DNA of 64,000 nt. It comes from Takakia lepidozioides (taxonomy: Eukaryota; Plantae; Bryophyta). A program made the position numbers and the translations under genes. The notes beneath the pieces were generated by a model that saw only the letters and a program-made list of their open reading frames with translations, did not search any database and was not told the origin of the DNA. The DNA lies in the NCBI GenBank assembly GCA_030704615.1, contig CM060734.1:9238001-9302000 (forward strand), read 5' to 3'. Of this stretch, positions 1 through 12,488 are shown one piece after another. The stretch's first letter is position 1, and each line of letters opens with the position of its first letter.

Positions 1-137
1 TCGTGAAGCGGCCCCCGCTTGCTTTTGTTCAAAGCCACCGGGAGATCGACCTTCAGACCACTTTCCCTCGGGAGAAGAAACAATATTTAGTCTCCGAGCT
101 CCTTAGAGATGCTTGAATCTAAAGCTTCACTATATTG

Positions 138-211
138 CATTTAGAAGTGGATTCGAACCACTGACACAAGGATTTTCAGTCATTTGCTCTAACCACCTGA
201 GCTATCTAAAC
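138..211 (-). tRNA. trnF: Mitochondrial-type tRNA-Phe(GAA), NUMT copy, probably non-functional
   Basis: Reverse complement GTTTAGATAGCTCAGGTGGTTAGAGCAAATGACTGAAAATCCTTGTGTCAGTGGTTCGAATCCACTTCTAAAT folds as a cloverleaf with GAA anticodon and GGTTCGAATCC T-arm; one mismatch in the anticodon stem. Confidence 0.9.
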
Positions 212-228
212 AAAAATAAAAAGGAAAT

Positions 229-968
229 ACGTACAATTCTAATTTGTTGGTTATTCAAAATTACTAAGTACAAACGCATATCTGGGCCAACGCATATCTG
301 GGCCATCGGATACCTACTTCCGATTTTCATGGATATTTATATGGATTTAGAAATGAAATGGCTATTATTGATTTAGAAAAGACACTTATTTGTTTACAAA
401 TGGCTTGTAATTTGATTGAATCTATCATCCGTGCGAAATGCCATTTATTATTGGTGAATATCAATCCGGGATATAATAAAATAATTCAACGGATGGCAAG
501 AAAATCAAATCAAAGCTATATCAATCATAAATGGATTGGGGTTTTTTTGACCAATTGGAGACATATGAAAAATGTACAAAAACACTTTCAAGATTTCTCT
601 GCGCATTCCAATTTTCAAGACGCCTCTACATCTTCGCTTTTCGATTCTTTTCCACGTTTCAGAAAGATGCAAAAATGTTTTGAAGGAATTGTGACACACG
701 TATTCCAGATTGTTTAGTAATAATGAATGCAAATCAAAATTCCATGGCTATACTTGAAGATAATCAATTACAAATACCTATTGTATCTTTGGTGGATTTT
801 AATATTCCAAACAGATTACAAAAATTAATAACTTATCTCATTCCAGTGAATGATGATTCTATACAGTTTGTATATCTATTTCGTAATTAGGTTACGAAAA
901 TAGTCATTCTTTCACAAAGTGCTTGGCCGCTCCCGCGAAAACCTTCAAGTGGAGGCCACAGGGCGTAG
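229..968 (+). pseudogene. rps2: Mitochondrial ribosomal protein S2 pseudogene (NUMT)
   Basis: Pieced reading (ACG)YNSNLLVIQ..LLSTNAYLGHRIPTSDF..YLYGFRNEMAIIDLEKTLICL...YINHKWIG..LTNW...IPIVSLVD...IPVNDDSIQF. Frameshifts and a 16-bp tandem duplication (acgcatatctgggcca x2). Divergent from trnF. Confidence 0.88.
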
Positions 969-1219
969 CTTTTGAGAATATGAATATATATATATATATA
1001 TATAGGTTTTTTTTAATCATTTACAAAAAAAACTTTCCCGGTATTTATTTATTCCATTTGCAACATCAATCAACGAAAGTAACTATAGGTTGAGAACTGT
1101 CACTATAGGTTGGGAACACTAACTATAATATGGGAATGGTAACTATCCAATAGAAACGGTCACTATCCGATAGGAACGGTCATTGTAGGCTGGGAACATA
1201 GTGACATATAAAGACAATA

Positions 1220-1745
1220 TATGGCTTTTGGAGGATTTTCAAGGGCATTTGGAGGATTGTTTGGGGGATCTTTGGGGTCCTTTGAGGAGCTTTTGGTAGA
1301 CACTCTGAGGAGCTTTTGTAGGACACTTTGAATAGCTCTTGAAAGAATGTTTGGAGGACTCTTTGGGGTCCTTGAAGGCCAATATTTAGCAAGTCTTTGG
1401 AGCCTTTAGAGGGCTGTTTGGAGGACTATTTGGGGTCCTTGAAGGCTAGTTTTTGGCAAGTCTTTGGAGTCTTTGGAGGACCATTTGGAGGACTGTTTGG
1501 GGTCTTTGGAGGACCATTTGGAGGACTATTTGGGGTCCTTGGAGGCCAATATTTGGCGAGCTTGAGGAGTCTTTGGCGACTTGTGTGACGGACTATTTGG
1601 GGTCCTCGAGGGCCAAGTTTTGGCAGGCTCTTGGGGACTTGGTGTACTGTTTGGAGTACCATTGTCCAAGCTTTGGGAGCCTTAGTGAGATTGTTTGAGA
1701 GACATCTTGAGGGCTCTTAGAGAGTTATTTGAGAGATCCTTGAAA
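1220..1745 (+). repeat. Degenerate tandem array of TTTGG(A)GG(A/T)C-type units, probably within the LTR/5' region of the following Gypsy
   Basis: Many repeats of tttggaggac / tttggggtcct; ORFs over it are low complexity (GGPFGGLFGV). Confidence 0.75.
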
Positions 1746-2499
1746 GGTCTTGTCTATTGCTTTAGCAAGAGAGTGTGGAGATAGGATAGTGGGATGAGAG
1801 CATGCTGTGATAGGAATTGCTTTAGTCTCTTCCTTGTAGTCTTCCACCCTCTCTGTAGGCCAAAACCTTTCTGTAGGTGGAGGCAAGAGTCAGTCCGGGT
1901 TTGGGCTGGGGTGTCTTGCAGGAGCGACACTGTGGAGTGTTTTTGGTGTGGGGGAGTTACTGTTTTGATTTTCTTGTGTTTGGATCCCCTCCACACCTGC
2001 ATGCTTGACTGTGCGCCATGTCAATTTTGTGTGGGCGCTTGTTTTCATAGGAGGTTGGTCCGGATTTGATCACCGGCCAATCCTAGAGCGTGCTGTCGGT
2101 GGCGAGGCTGGGGTGATGACCAGTTAGACCATCATTGTTTTCTTATGGTGAGGCTGGGTTGATGACCAGCAGACCATAGGAGTGCTTACGGTGGATGCAG
2201 GTGCAGGTGCAGGTTTATGTCATGAACCTAGTAGTCTAAGCCATTAGCTGCAACATGTTCTCTATCAGGTTACCTTGTGGAAAGGGGGATTAGAGACAGG
2301 TTTACAACAGGTGTGGTTGTGAGATTTCATCACGGAGGTGCCACTAGTTGTTGAGAGAAGTGCCGGTACGAGCACTAGCGATACTAGTGGATATACAAGA
2401 CGAGGTGTGCGGTTTAGGCCACCTTCACCTTCTGTGTCTTCTGAGAGGGTTCTGATTCAGACTTTGAGAGATCCACGTCGCAGGTGCAAGCTATTTCCT

Positions 2500-5490
2500 T
2501 GCCATTGTTGTGGGATACGATGGAGGAGATGTATGGAGCTACCAAGAGGCCACGTAGGTACTCTGGAGCTGTGGGCACCATTGAGCTTGATGACTTCATA
2601 CAAGAGTTTGACAGTTGGTGTGATTTGCGCAATCTACAATTGTTTACGCCCTGCATAGAAGGGGCTATTCTAGCACCTTGAGGGGCCGCCCATGGATGAT
2701 TACCATGAATTTAGGCGGGGACATGCGGTGGAGATTGAGGAGTGGCGAGAGTATTGGTCACCTAACTATGTCTCCATCACTAGAGGCACAAGGGCAGCGG
2801 CGACACCAACAGCTACACCAACGTCTGCAACTGCAAGCATTAGTAGTAGGACAAGTGGTACAGGAGCTGGGAAATCCACTCAAGCTCCTGCTGTAGCACC
2901 AGCATCCGTGCCTGCCTTTAACCCAGTTGTGGAGTTCTTCGAGGAGTTGAGGAGAAACTACCAGGGGATAAGGACAGAGAAGTTGCGGAGCTTGCAAGAG
3001 TTCCAACGGAGGCCTACTAAGAGTTTGAGGGAGGCTTACACGCGCATGAGGCGCTTGATAAATGTAACCGAAGGGGCTACAGAAGCTCATGCAGTCCAAT
3101 TCTGGTATGGGATATTCGACAAGGAGCTCAGGCGGGATGCAACTCTCCTATAAGTGGACCAACCCACCTTAGCAAATGTGTTTTTGCTGGCAGAGCAGAT
3201 ATAGCTCAATATGGTGGAGGAGCGAGTGGTCATGGTGGGATTTGGCAAGGAGACACAACAAAGTGGCGCTCCTAGCCAACAACAACCATTACCCCAACGT
3301 GTTCAAGGCCACAAGGGGGCTCAGGCAAAGCCCAGGGAAGGACACAGAGGATCTCAGATGTAGAGGTCTCTTCCTTCATTCTCAAGCCAACAACAGTCGG
3401 GTGTGACTTGTTGGGATTGTGGAGGACCTCATGTTAAGAAGAATTGCCCGGAGAGAGGCAAAGGGTCGACACCTGCACAGCCTACACAACTACAGTGTGG
3501 GCATTGTGGCAAGTATGGGCATGAGGAGGCCCATTGTTATGACTTGCATCCTGAGCTCCGACCAGGCCAGTTCCAAAGGAACAATGGTGGCCGAGGACGA
3601 GGCAAAGTAGTCCTGAGAGGTAGAGGAGGCAGAGGTCGTGGTGGAGGTCGTAACCAAAACCAAGGAGCACATGGCCAAGGTCAAGGTCATGACCAAGCTG
3701 GCATGGTGGATAGGTTTTCCCAGCTAGAGCAACGTCTTGCTGCCATGGCCACTACTCATGTTGCGCCAGCTCCAAGGCCTAAGGTTCAAGCCCTACCTAC
3801 ACAACCTCCTATGCCTAGGGAAGACCAAATTGGTATGGGCTTCATGTGTGGATCCGCACTTACAGGGCCATTGCATGTACTAGACTCTGCTGCTGCTCTC
3901 ACTCGAGCAGCAATGCGTGCTCCTGAGCCAAGAGGAGCGGATGTGGATTTTGATCCACAAAGGGGGGGGAACAAGTTGACAGACAAGGCTTCCACAATCT
4001 TTCACATTGGCTGAGACAATGTCAACTACGCCATCGATGGCACCCGCTCGCCCAAGTGTGTCAGAGATAGAGCCACGAGTATCATTGGGGAGAGTTGATG
4101 TGGCTCGGAAAATGCTAGTGGGTGGTGCTACAAAGCAAGGTGCAGCCAGTACATTGTTGGGGGCAGCTACGGCTGTTTGCCAAGCTCCATTGTTTTCTGC
4201 AATGACCATTGCAATGTCGGGGATTCGACCAGCTGTTGTGTTCAGACTAGCAGCTAGACTCTGTGAGAGTGGGGATGCATCGGCACTATCCGCGGGGATA
4301 GCGGATAAGATGCAGTGCATGGATGCCCTGGATTCAAGGGTAAAGACAGCCACAGCTGCGCCATGGCAAGCGGCAGCTGCACGGTTGCAGGAGTTGCCCG
4401 CTAGGCCAGCTATTGAGCGCAGCATGGTGACTCCTGGAGTAGTCCTGGTGGACAATCAGGATGGAGTGTTTCAGTTGGGTGGCCCAACCGGGGAGAGGTA
4501 TAGGCCACTGCGGGTCTTGTTGGACTTGGGAGCACAACCATTGATGTTGGGGAGAGCAGCAATTGCAGGCTTGGGCCTTACAGAGGCGGACTTGGAGCCT
4601 TGCCCTTTCCAAATTCAAACATCTTTGGGTGGTTTAGAAAAGGCGCGAGGGAGTACACGCCATGAGCTCTTCATTTGATTGCAGACAGATCATCCTACGG
4701 ATGGCTCAATCATGAGAGCTAAAGCCATTGTTACGGACGCGATGTCCTATGATGTGCTTGTTGGTGGAGCTGTGTTATACCCAATAGGATTTACTCTGGA
4801 CTTTTGGGAGGAAACGGCGTCCTATAGGCTGGAGTGGCAATCAGGGGATGGCCGACGTGCACTGCTCCCAGTGCGGTTTATTGGGAATGTAGCGGTGGAT
4901 CATAAGAACATGATGCCCACATTGGCTGCATTCTCAGGGGTGGCGGCTTGGGGTGGTGAGCTCTTGGAGTAGCCATCTAGATGATAGGCCACCATTTGAT
5001 GAGGACAAACAATTGGCATACAAGGTTGAGTTGATTCATCATGTGCCTGTTCATGTTTCACTGTGGGGTACGGTTGGGAATTTGCAGCCAATAGCAGGCG
5101 AGTGTGTGCACCAAGCATGGCATGAGGCCTTTCCATTGATGAGTGAGGGGAGTTCAGTGACATCACCTAGACCTCCTCAGAGCACCTGACAACCACCTGA
5201 CTCAGGGATTTGTTTGCTAGACCTATTTGGAGGCACGAGCACTAGGCTTGCTTGAGTGTTGCAAGCAGGGATTAAAGTACGCAAGTACTTGTATGTGGAG
5301 AAGGATGAGATTGCTCGGCGTATTTCTATGCTCCACATTGCCTTGCTCATACACCAGTATCATGAGTTGTTATCTCTCTCAGCAATTCAAGGGTATCAAA
5401 AGGCCTTGCCAGCAGACATTACCTTGCTGGGGGCGGATGATTTGGACCAGCATGGTCCTATTGACTTGGTGATAGCCAGATGGCCTTGCC
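2500..5490 (+). mobile_element. Degenerate Ty3/Gypsy element: gag, two CCHC knuckles, aspartic protease, C5-DNA-methyltransferase; truncated
   Basis: gag-like KRPRRYSG...ELDDFIQEFDSWC; knuckles CWDCGGPHVKKNC and CGHCGKYGHEEAHC; protease VLLDLGAQPLMLG...YDVLVG; then DNMT motifs. Several stops and frameshifts. Confidence 0.85.
5208..5490 (+). pseudogene. N-terminal half of a C5-cytosine methyltransferase domain (DNMT3-like) inside the Gypsy pol region
   Basis: ICLLDLFGGTSTRLA*VLQAGI (motif I), YLYVEKD (II), ADITLL (III), GPIDLVIARWPC (IV, catalytic PC). Cut off immediately after PC. Confidence 0.82.
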
Positions 5491-5748
5491 ATGAAAGCGG
5501 TGGTGCACTGCCTTGAGCTTTGGCGTCACTATGTTGGTTCCAACCCGGTGAAGGTGTTCACGGACAATGTCACGGTGAAGTATTTTGCCCACACAGCCTA
5601 AGTTGTCCCCAAAACAAATTAGGTGGCAAGTCACTTTGGCAATGTTCGACGTGGATATGCAGTACAAACCGGGACGGGACAATGTGGTGGCCGATGCTCT
5701 GAGTAGAAAGCAACAACTCATGTTGGTGTACGAAGGTGAGACGGAGTT
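5491..5748 (+). mobile_element. RNase H fragment of the same chromovirus family as 35914-42882
   Basis: [44 protein letters not shown]...[22 protein letters not shown], nearly identical to the C-terminal part of ORF 38824-40431. Confidence 0.92.
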
Positions 5749-5749
5749 G

Positions 5750-6688
5750 CTTAGCTTGCTTGTTTGTCAACCAAATGAAACCCCATTTGGTTTCATTTCA
5801 CCATGGATAAAACAACCACTTCCTAGCTTCTCTTGAGCTACTCAATGCTCCTCAAGCTACCCTTGTTGTACTCCTTCTATGGTGTTTCCAACCCAAGCAT
5901 GTGCCTCTCTTTGGCTTTCTTTCACACCATGAACAACTAGAGCTTGTTCTTGAAACCCTGGTGTCTATGTTCTCCACACACAAGACGCTTCTCTTGTCAT
6001 GCAAGAGCTCTTTTCCAAGCTCTCAAACCCTTGGTGCACAATAATGCTTCTACAAACCCTCATTGCATTCTTTTCACCATAGAAGCCACTTCCTTGGCAA
6101 ATGGTTGTCACAACACTTGAGATACAAGAGATGACGCTCCTTCTTCTCAAACTTTCAAACTTTTTGCTTCCACACACACAAGACTTTCTCCCTGCAATAC
6201 TTGCAAAGTCTTGTAACTCAAGAGCTCTCTCCTTGAGCTCTCCACCTCCTTGATGCAATGCAAACACACTCTCCCTTGCAAGACCTTGCAAGCCTTGTGA
6301 GATACTTGAGCTTTTCCTAGCTCTCTCACTCTTTGGTGTACACCAACACAAGTGCTAAACTAATCCTTACACTCCGCACTCACAAGCATAATGTCATCTT
6401 CTTGTAGTGATAATGAAAAGTGAACACTATGGAAACCCTCCACTCATAAATCCACCCAATTACATAAACTAAGTCAAGCCAAGGGCACCTTTGCTAAGGG
6501 AATCCACCCTACAAAGCCCTCACCACACTCCCTCTCAATACCTAGAGCTATGGAGGTGAGAGAAGCTCATGGAGGCTCAACTACAAGAAAATGAGCCTCC
6601 TCTATCCTCACAAGGGGAAAACCTATCCCCATGTCCCAAGTGAGGCTCGACACCTCACTTGGCATGTGAGACCAAATGAAGTCCCAAC

Positions 6689-6691
<3 letters not shown>
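5750..6691 (-). mobile_element. Probable LTR-type repeat fragment abutting a (TA)n microsatellite
   Basis: Non-coding with internal cttgcaag/ctctt repeats; ends ...gtcccaacaca (TGTGTTGG on minus) directly at (TA)n 6692-6727. No partner LTR in the window. Confidence 0.35.
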
Positions 6692-6729
<38 letters not shown>

Positions 6730-6743
6730 ATATCCAAAATATC

Positions 6744-6795
6744 GGGGAATGCTTGCGCATGAGCCTGTGAGCCTGTGAGTCTGGCTAGGCTCACG
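6744..6795. repeat. Putative element terminus downstream of ParB-MTase copy A
   Basis: GGGGAATGCTTGCGCATGAGCCTGTGAGCCTGTGAG resembles the termini at 26150, 20542(rc), 51157(rc) and 29933. Confidence 0.6.
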
Positions 6796-7299
6796 CCACG
6801 TCAGCAAGCTTCCACGTGTTCAAGCCGTAATTCCGTGCTTACCCCCCCTATTACCGCAGATCAGCTGTCGCCTATGTCCTAATTTTTTATCCCTCTTCAA
6901 GGCCCCCACATGAATATTCTTTGTGGCCGAGAACAATGGCAGGTTTGCGGATGAATTATGATTGAGGTCATGACTTTGGAATGAGGAGATCGTCCACTAG
7001 AGAACTGAATATTAAAAGCAAACATTTTTTTTGGGCAAAGCAGTACATTCATTCCAACACACAATCATTTTTCAATTCCGCAATCCGAAGACCTATTTTA
7101 GGCAATCCCCAACTGTACTTACGGGAACGCGCAAAGAACTTGAAAAACAGTTTGGAGATGGAAGCAAAACCAAAATACAATTTATTGAGCCTCGGTACTT
7201 GAACCTAAAGAAATATTGGAGGTTTCAGAGGAACCACTTCCAGAGTGTACAACAATATCATCTATGAATACAACAGCACATCCATGACGTTTTTTTTTT

Positions 7300-10200
7300 C
7301 CTCGACCTTCATGGAGATGCGAGTACAGTGTTTGTTCGGATAATACCCGTGCGCAAGCTTCCGCGTAAACCGGCAAGCGGTTGGATCTAGGGGGGCTCGG
7401 GGACATGTAGTATCCTTGGAAACCGAAAGGCGTCTGCTGATTCGATGACTGGTGCTGAACTCTGCAAAGCAAGAAGAGGAATGGTGGTAGATGTTAACAT
7501 CCAGATATAGACAACGAAAGCCACTATTTCTCGAATGGGAACGACACAAGGAAATGCAACATATTTTGCACGACTACACAAGAACTTACTCACACTCAAA
7601 ATCGGAGTCCATGTCCAGATCCTCGTCAGGCGCTTCGGGCTCCTCTAGAAGTCCCTCTGTGGATGGGGCAGAAGTAGTGCCCGACTCAAGCTGACAAAGC
7701 TCGCTTGAGAAGAGCTCCGTATCAGCTTCCATGCCGAAGAAGTGCCTTCCGGCGCTCTTGCAAGCATGAAAACATGCTCCTGCAAATCCAAGAAGAACGA
7801 GAAATAAAAACAGGGTTTCCCTAAGGTCACTGCCCATATGTCAAACACAATGTGAAGGGCCCCACCTGTGCCCATAGACAAGTCAACCACTCGTCCACCA
7901 AGACGGCTGCATGTCTCCACCAAAGTCTGCATGAAAGCTGGAGATTTCTCCCGTGCACCTCTCCAAGGGACACCATTCGACCTTTTCATAGTCCGACCCG
8001 AGTCGACGTAATTGAAGATAACATCATCTCCACAGGCTCGCAGGTGGGGTCAATGTGAGCTGCAAGGTCCCTCAACTGAAACTCAGCAACACCAGCAGGA
8101 AGAGTGTCCGTCCGCCTCACCAGGCACAAAGCTTCGAACACTCGTGTCTGTCATTAATCACGAAGACAGAATGAGACAGAAGACATAACCCACCATTTTG
8201 ATTTACCGGAAATCCACGAAACATCAATTGAAAGGAACCAACTCACTTTCTGCCCCGGGAACTCGCCCTTCGTAAGAGGCAGAGTATTGATGCATGTCCA
8301 AGTTTTGATGACACGAAACCCGGAAGCTTTCATGTAGCTGAAAAGAGTTCTTCGAGCCGACATGTCCTTTGACTGCATGAGAAGAAGAGCCCCCGAGTCC
8401 GAAAGGAACTTGTTGCTGAACGAGAAAGCCCACTGCCAGTAACGAGAATCCGATTTGTTCCAAGTCGGGGTCGAATTGGAAGGAAACACATCAGGGACAG
8501 GAAAACCGTCAGGAATGTCCAGCACCACAAGGTCAGTCGCGTATGCCTATTGAACTCCATTCACCCATTCCGGACTTTTTGTGACCTACAGCCAAAAACA
8601 TGAGACAGTGTAAGAAGCCCAATCCAAATCTAACAGGAGATCAATCCCCTGGACAAGCCACAACAAGCTGCCAAACACAATTATTCATACAACAGTTTAG
8701 ACATAAGTTTTCACCTGAGTGAGGAACGAAACAAGCATGTCCCACGATTTCGAGGGCACCCCTTTGAATGTGGACTTCCTCACTCCATCATTGAAAGAAA
8801 ACTTTCATTCAGCACCTTACGATTGAACTGGCCCAAAACCCTGGAGGGATGTTCTCTCGCCTCGAAAACTTGCTCCCTGGACTTTGAAGTTCTCCTATCC
8901 CTCCTTGCGGGAGAAGGCTGTCTTTCAGGAACCTCTGACGGTCCCTGTCCTTGCGGAGCTGCACTTTTCCCCTTCCCCTTCGGATCCCCGACAACCTTCC
9001 CCTTTCGTTTTGGAGTAGCAGTTTTCTCGGGCTCTTTTGCAGCCAGAGCCGAAATGATTCTGTCCTGGATGTCTTTCTCAGCCAATGGGGCAATCGCTGC
9101 GGCATTGTCGTTCAGGTTTCTCAAAACAACTTCATCGAATGGGGTGTCCTGTTTTGGCAGGTCGAGGTACCACCCACAGTCTCGGAAGTGCGCCCTGCTC
9201 TAGTCTTTGGCAATACCAGCCGTGTACATTGTCTTGTCATTGGAGGGGTCAGCCCATGAATAGATGAAGTCTGGGTCATCGCTAAGGTACTATCCCGGTA
9301 TGAGGATATGATACATATACCTGAATCACATACAAAAAACCCAGACAGTCATTCGATCAGAAAACGAAAGAGAACACACATCCGGAAAAAGATATTGAAA
9401 TGCAGGAATGCAACACTGAGAATTCTACTTTTGAAATCCCGAATTAACCTTGCGTTGACGCAATGTTCATTCTAGCAGAAATGGGGAACACCAAATGATA
9501 ATGTTGTATTGATAGAGACAACGAATGAGAAGCGCAATTCAACATTGCTTCAACACAAGGATGTTTTAGGGTTGAGAGTGTTGAAACACATGTCAATGGT
9601 ATCTGATAATCATAAGTTTCCTACAATTGTATTGAAATAGGTGGATGGCTACGGGAAATTTCCAGCAATCCATACCGCCAAACAACCTTGCGTCAACGCA
9701 AGTCTGTTTGTTGGTACAGTTACAGTTGAAAATAGCATTTCAAACCGACTCAAAACAGACTTATGTTCATCTTGGCAGCATTGGAACTGGATTTGAACTG
9801 CCCAAAACCACAGGAAAAGCTACATAGCCTGACACTTCATCAACCTTGCGTTGACGCAAGGCTGATTTTCCAGTCAGTTTATCCCTTTCACATTCAGAAA
9901 AATGGCATTATGGGATACCCAGGTATAGGTAAGTGAAACCAGGACAATGGGAAACAACATTGCGTTAACGCAATGTTGCTCGACTGCACATGCAGAGCCC
10001 TCAGAGATCTCGCAAAGCACTGCAAATTCGCAATTCCTTATGGAAAGAACGACACAAGATTGCAGAAACATGCCCTTCAAGCACCAATTTGATTCAAGGA
10101 GGTCACACCTGTACAACACTCGCTTCATTGCTTGCTCGCTGTTGTACTGGTTTTTGAATTCGTAAGACCTGGAGATTCCTTTCTCTTTCTCAAACTCCCT

Positions 10201-11810
10201 GAAGAAGCAGTTGTTCCAGACAACGAGCTTCCATCTCCTGATATAGGCCTCCAGTGTGATCCGGGGGCAAGCCATCTGGATTTTGTAGTCTGCCATCGAC
10301 TCAGCAAGTGCAGCCTTTGCACGTTTTTCTAACTGCAACAAGAAAGCTCGTAAGAATTTTCGAGAGGTTACAGAGCATCAAAAATGTCTGAAAATGGTTT
10401 GGTTCAAACCTTACCTGGCTCCAGAATGTGGCTTTGTGTAGCCACTGGTCGAATGTGTGGTCGCTAACAACTCTTATTGCTTGTGTCTTCGGGTCCCTCT
10501 CTGGAGTTGGGAACATGTTCGTGTCTCTCACAAGAGGATCCGAATTCCATATCTCCAACCACCTGATTTTGGTTGCATTGTCCACCATTGAAATGGAAAG
10601 GCGATGTAGTTTCTCTTGAGTCATTTCTGGCTTGGAGCCATACTTATCATAGTGTGCTTTCACCTGTTCCAGAAATTCCGTGCCAAGACCTGGGTCTGCT
10701 ATCCGGATATGTTTGTCGAATGCACTCATGAGGTTCTTCCTTTGATTTTTCATCTCGAACTTCATCATGTCCTCAAGCCCAGTTGCAGACCGCTGCTCTT
10801 CTGTGTGGGAATCATAGTACTCTGCTTTCGCCTTCAATCCAGTTTCTGCTATTTCTTGCTGCATACATAACAGGTAAAAAGAATCAAATACTGCAATTTC
10901 ATCACAAAATTTGCAGTATTAACAGGCAAAAGGTGTCAAAAAACTTACAGTGTACATGTACTCAAGAAAAAGCCTCCCTTGTCAAGCTGTACCATGTGCT
11001 TGTCTTCTTCTCAGCACACCTCTTCATCTGCTGAGGACTGAGCACGTTCGTGAATGACTCCAGTGGCATCAGCCCTACCTTCTGGATGCGGAATAGAGTG
11101 TGGCACAGATTGGTCGTCACATGTGATGTTTCATTTGACCTGGAAAAACCTTCAACTCATAAGATGATTTCAAATTGTCGAAACAAGTAACAGACACAAA
11201 GTTGGAAACTTACTTGTTTATGTCGTGCATGGCTGTCAAGAGCTGCGTGACACGTCCTTTGTGATCGAGAACCATGGAAACCACGCTCCAGTGCCATTCG
11301 ATGTCGTCCGAGTGCAAGCTTGAAATGTAATCCATCCAGGCAAGCAGTCTGTGGTTCCCATCCCAGACAAAAAACATCTTTCCCATGAATGCTTTTGTGG
11401 AGGCCTTTTTGGACAGCTTGAACTCGAACTCCCTGTTTACATCCCGCCAGCATGCATCCCAACCTTGCTCAATGTCCTCTGTTACAAGACACTCCTCTCC
11501 TTTCGTGTTCATAGTGGATACGTAGAACACTGCTGATCCCTTGACATAGCCGTGAACAAAGTCGTTCTTCAACTTCGTTATATCATTCCTCAAAGCCGGT
11601 CGAACAGCGGGCATGGAGATCATCCTGCATAGCGGAATGACCAGGTTTCCGCCCGGAACCTCCATCGACAGAATCACCTTCGACGAGTTCACTTTTTGCC
11701 CACCAATTATCTCCTCGGCCTTGTCTTCATAGTTTCCCTCCAATGCATCTTCCTCTCCTTCACCTTCTGACGCGGCCAAATCTTTCCCCTCGGATTTCCT
11801 TTTTCTTTTC
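7300..11810 (-). pseudogene. Copy A: multi-exon ParB/Srx-like + beta-class amino-DNA-methyltransferase-like fusion gene
   Basis: Exon 11810-11214: VRPALRNDITKLKNDFVHGY...FFVWDGNHRLLAW. GT-AG introns. MTase exons ~8586-7586: VLDIPDG...KFLSDSGALLL...WRGAREKSPAFMQTLVETCSRLGGRVVDLSMGTG|GACFHACKSAGRHFFGMEAD. In-frame TAG stops near 9200 and 9290 and frameshifts. Confidence 0.8.
9446..9978. repeat. Intronic array of palindrome C(C/A)TTGCGT-NN-ACGCAA(G/T)
   Basis: Copies at ~9446, 9686, 9842 and 9955 (perfect CAACATTGCGTTAACGCAATGTTG); three more upstream at ~11859, 11947, 12058. Confidence 0.9.
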
Positions 11811-12283
11811 CTTTACACAGAATGAATTATCTGTGAGTGACAGATTGAGCACCCATGGATCAACATTGCTTTGACGCAAGGTTGATTGATGGGGATGTAG
11901 TTTAGACTGAAAAGCATACAGGAAAGACTTTTCAAGCAAAAAAATGCTTTGCGTTGACGCAGGGTTCTTTTGGGAGCTTCAACTAATCAACTTTCCCTAC
12001 CTTACATTTCAGGATATGAGAGATCGGACGCCTCCATTGAACAAAAAAATCATCAAAACCAGCCTTGCGTCAACGCAATGTTGATTCATGTGCGGCATCT
12101 GTTCATTTCACTAGAAGTTCTATCATACACCATGGAGGTAGGCATCAACCTTTTTTTCTTAAAGAAAATTACCTCAACAATAGTTTTTGAGGGAGGTGAA
12201 TAGTTGAAATCTTAATATGATTTAAAGGGCCTCCGTCCTTTTTATTTTATTTTATTTTATTTATTTTTAAACCAGACCCTGCC

Positions 12284-12488
12284 ACATACCAGGCTGGTAT
12301 GACTTTTAAAATTTTGTTTAATACCATACCAGTCAGATTCTCACTTTGATACCCTACCATATACCATACCAGGCTATTAAATTTATACATCATTTGATAC
12401 CAGTACCATACTAGTTTCAATAATTCAACTGTACCCCAATACCTTTACCCTAGTGGTATCAAAAAACCATGATACCAGTCCAACACTG
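12284..12488. repeat. Cluster of CCATACCAG-like repeats ending in CAACACTG; possible hAT-type non-autonomous element end
   Basis: Repeated (cc)ataccag; end reads CAGTGTTGG on minus. No partner TIR found. Confidence 0.3.

Noticed and set aside
9446-9978. Palindromic repeats separated by unique sequence as a CRISPR array
   Set aside because: Spacing is irregular (about 110-240 bp), repeats sit in a spliceosomal intron, and there are no cas genes.
7300-11810. Bacterial or phage contamination as the source of the ParB-MTase
   Set aside because: Genes have conserved GT-AG introns and are interleaved with plant retroelements.
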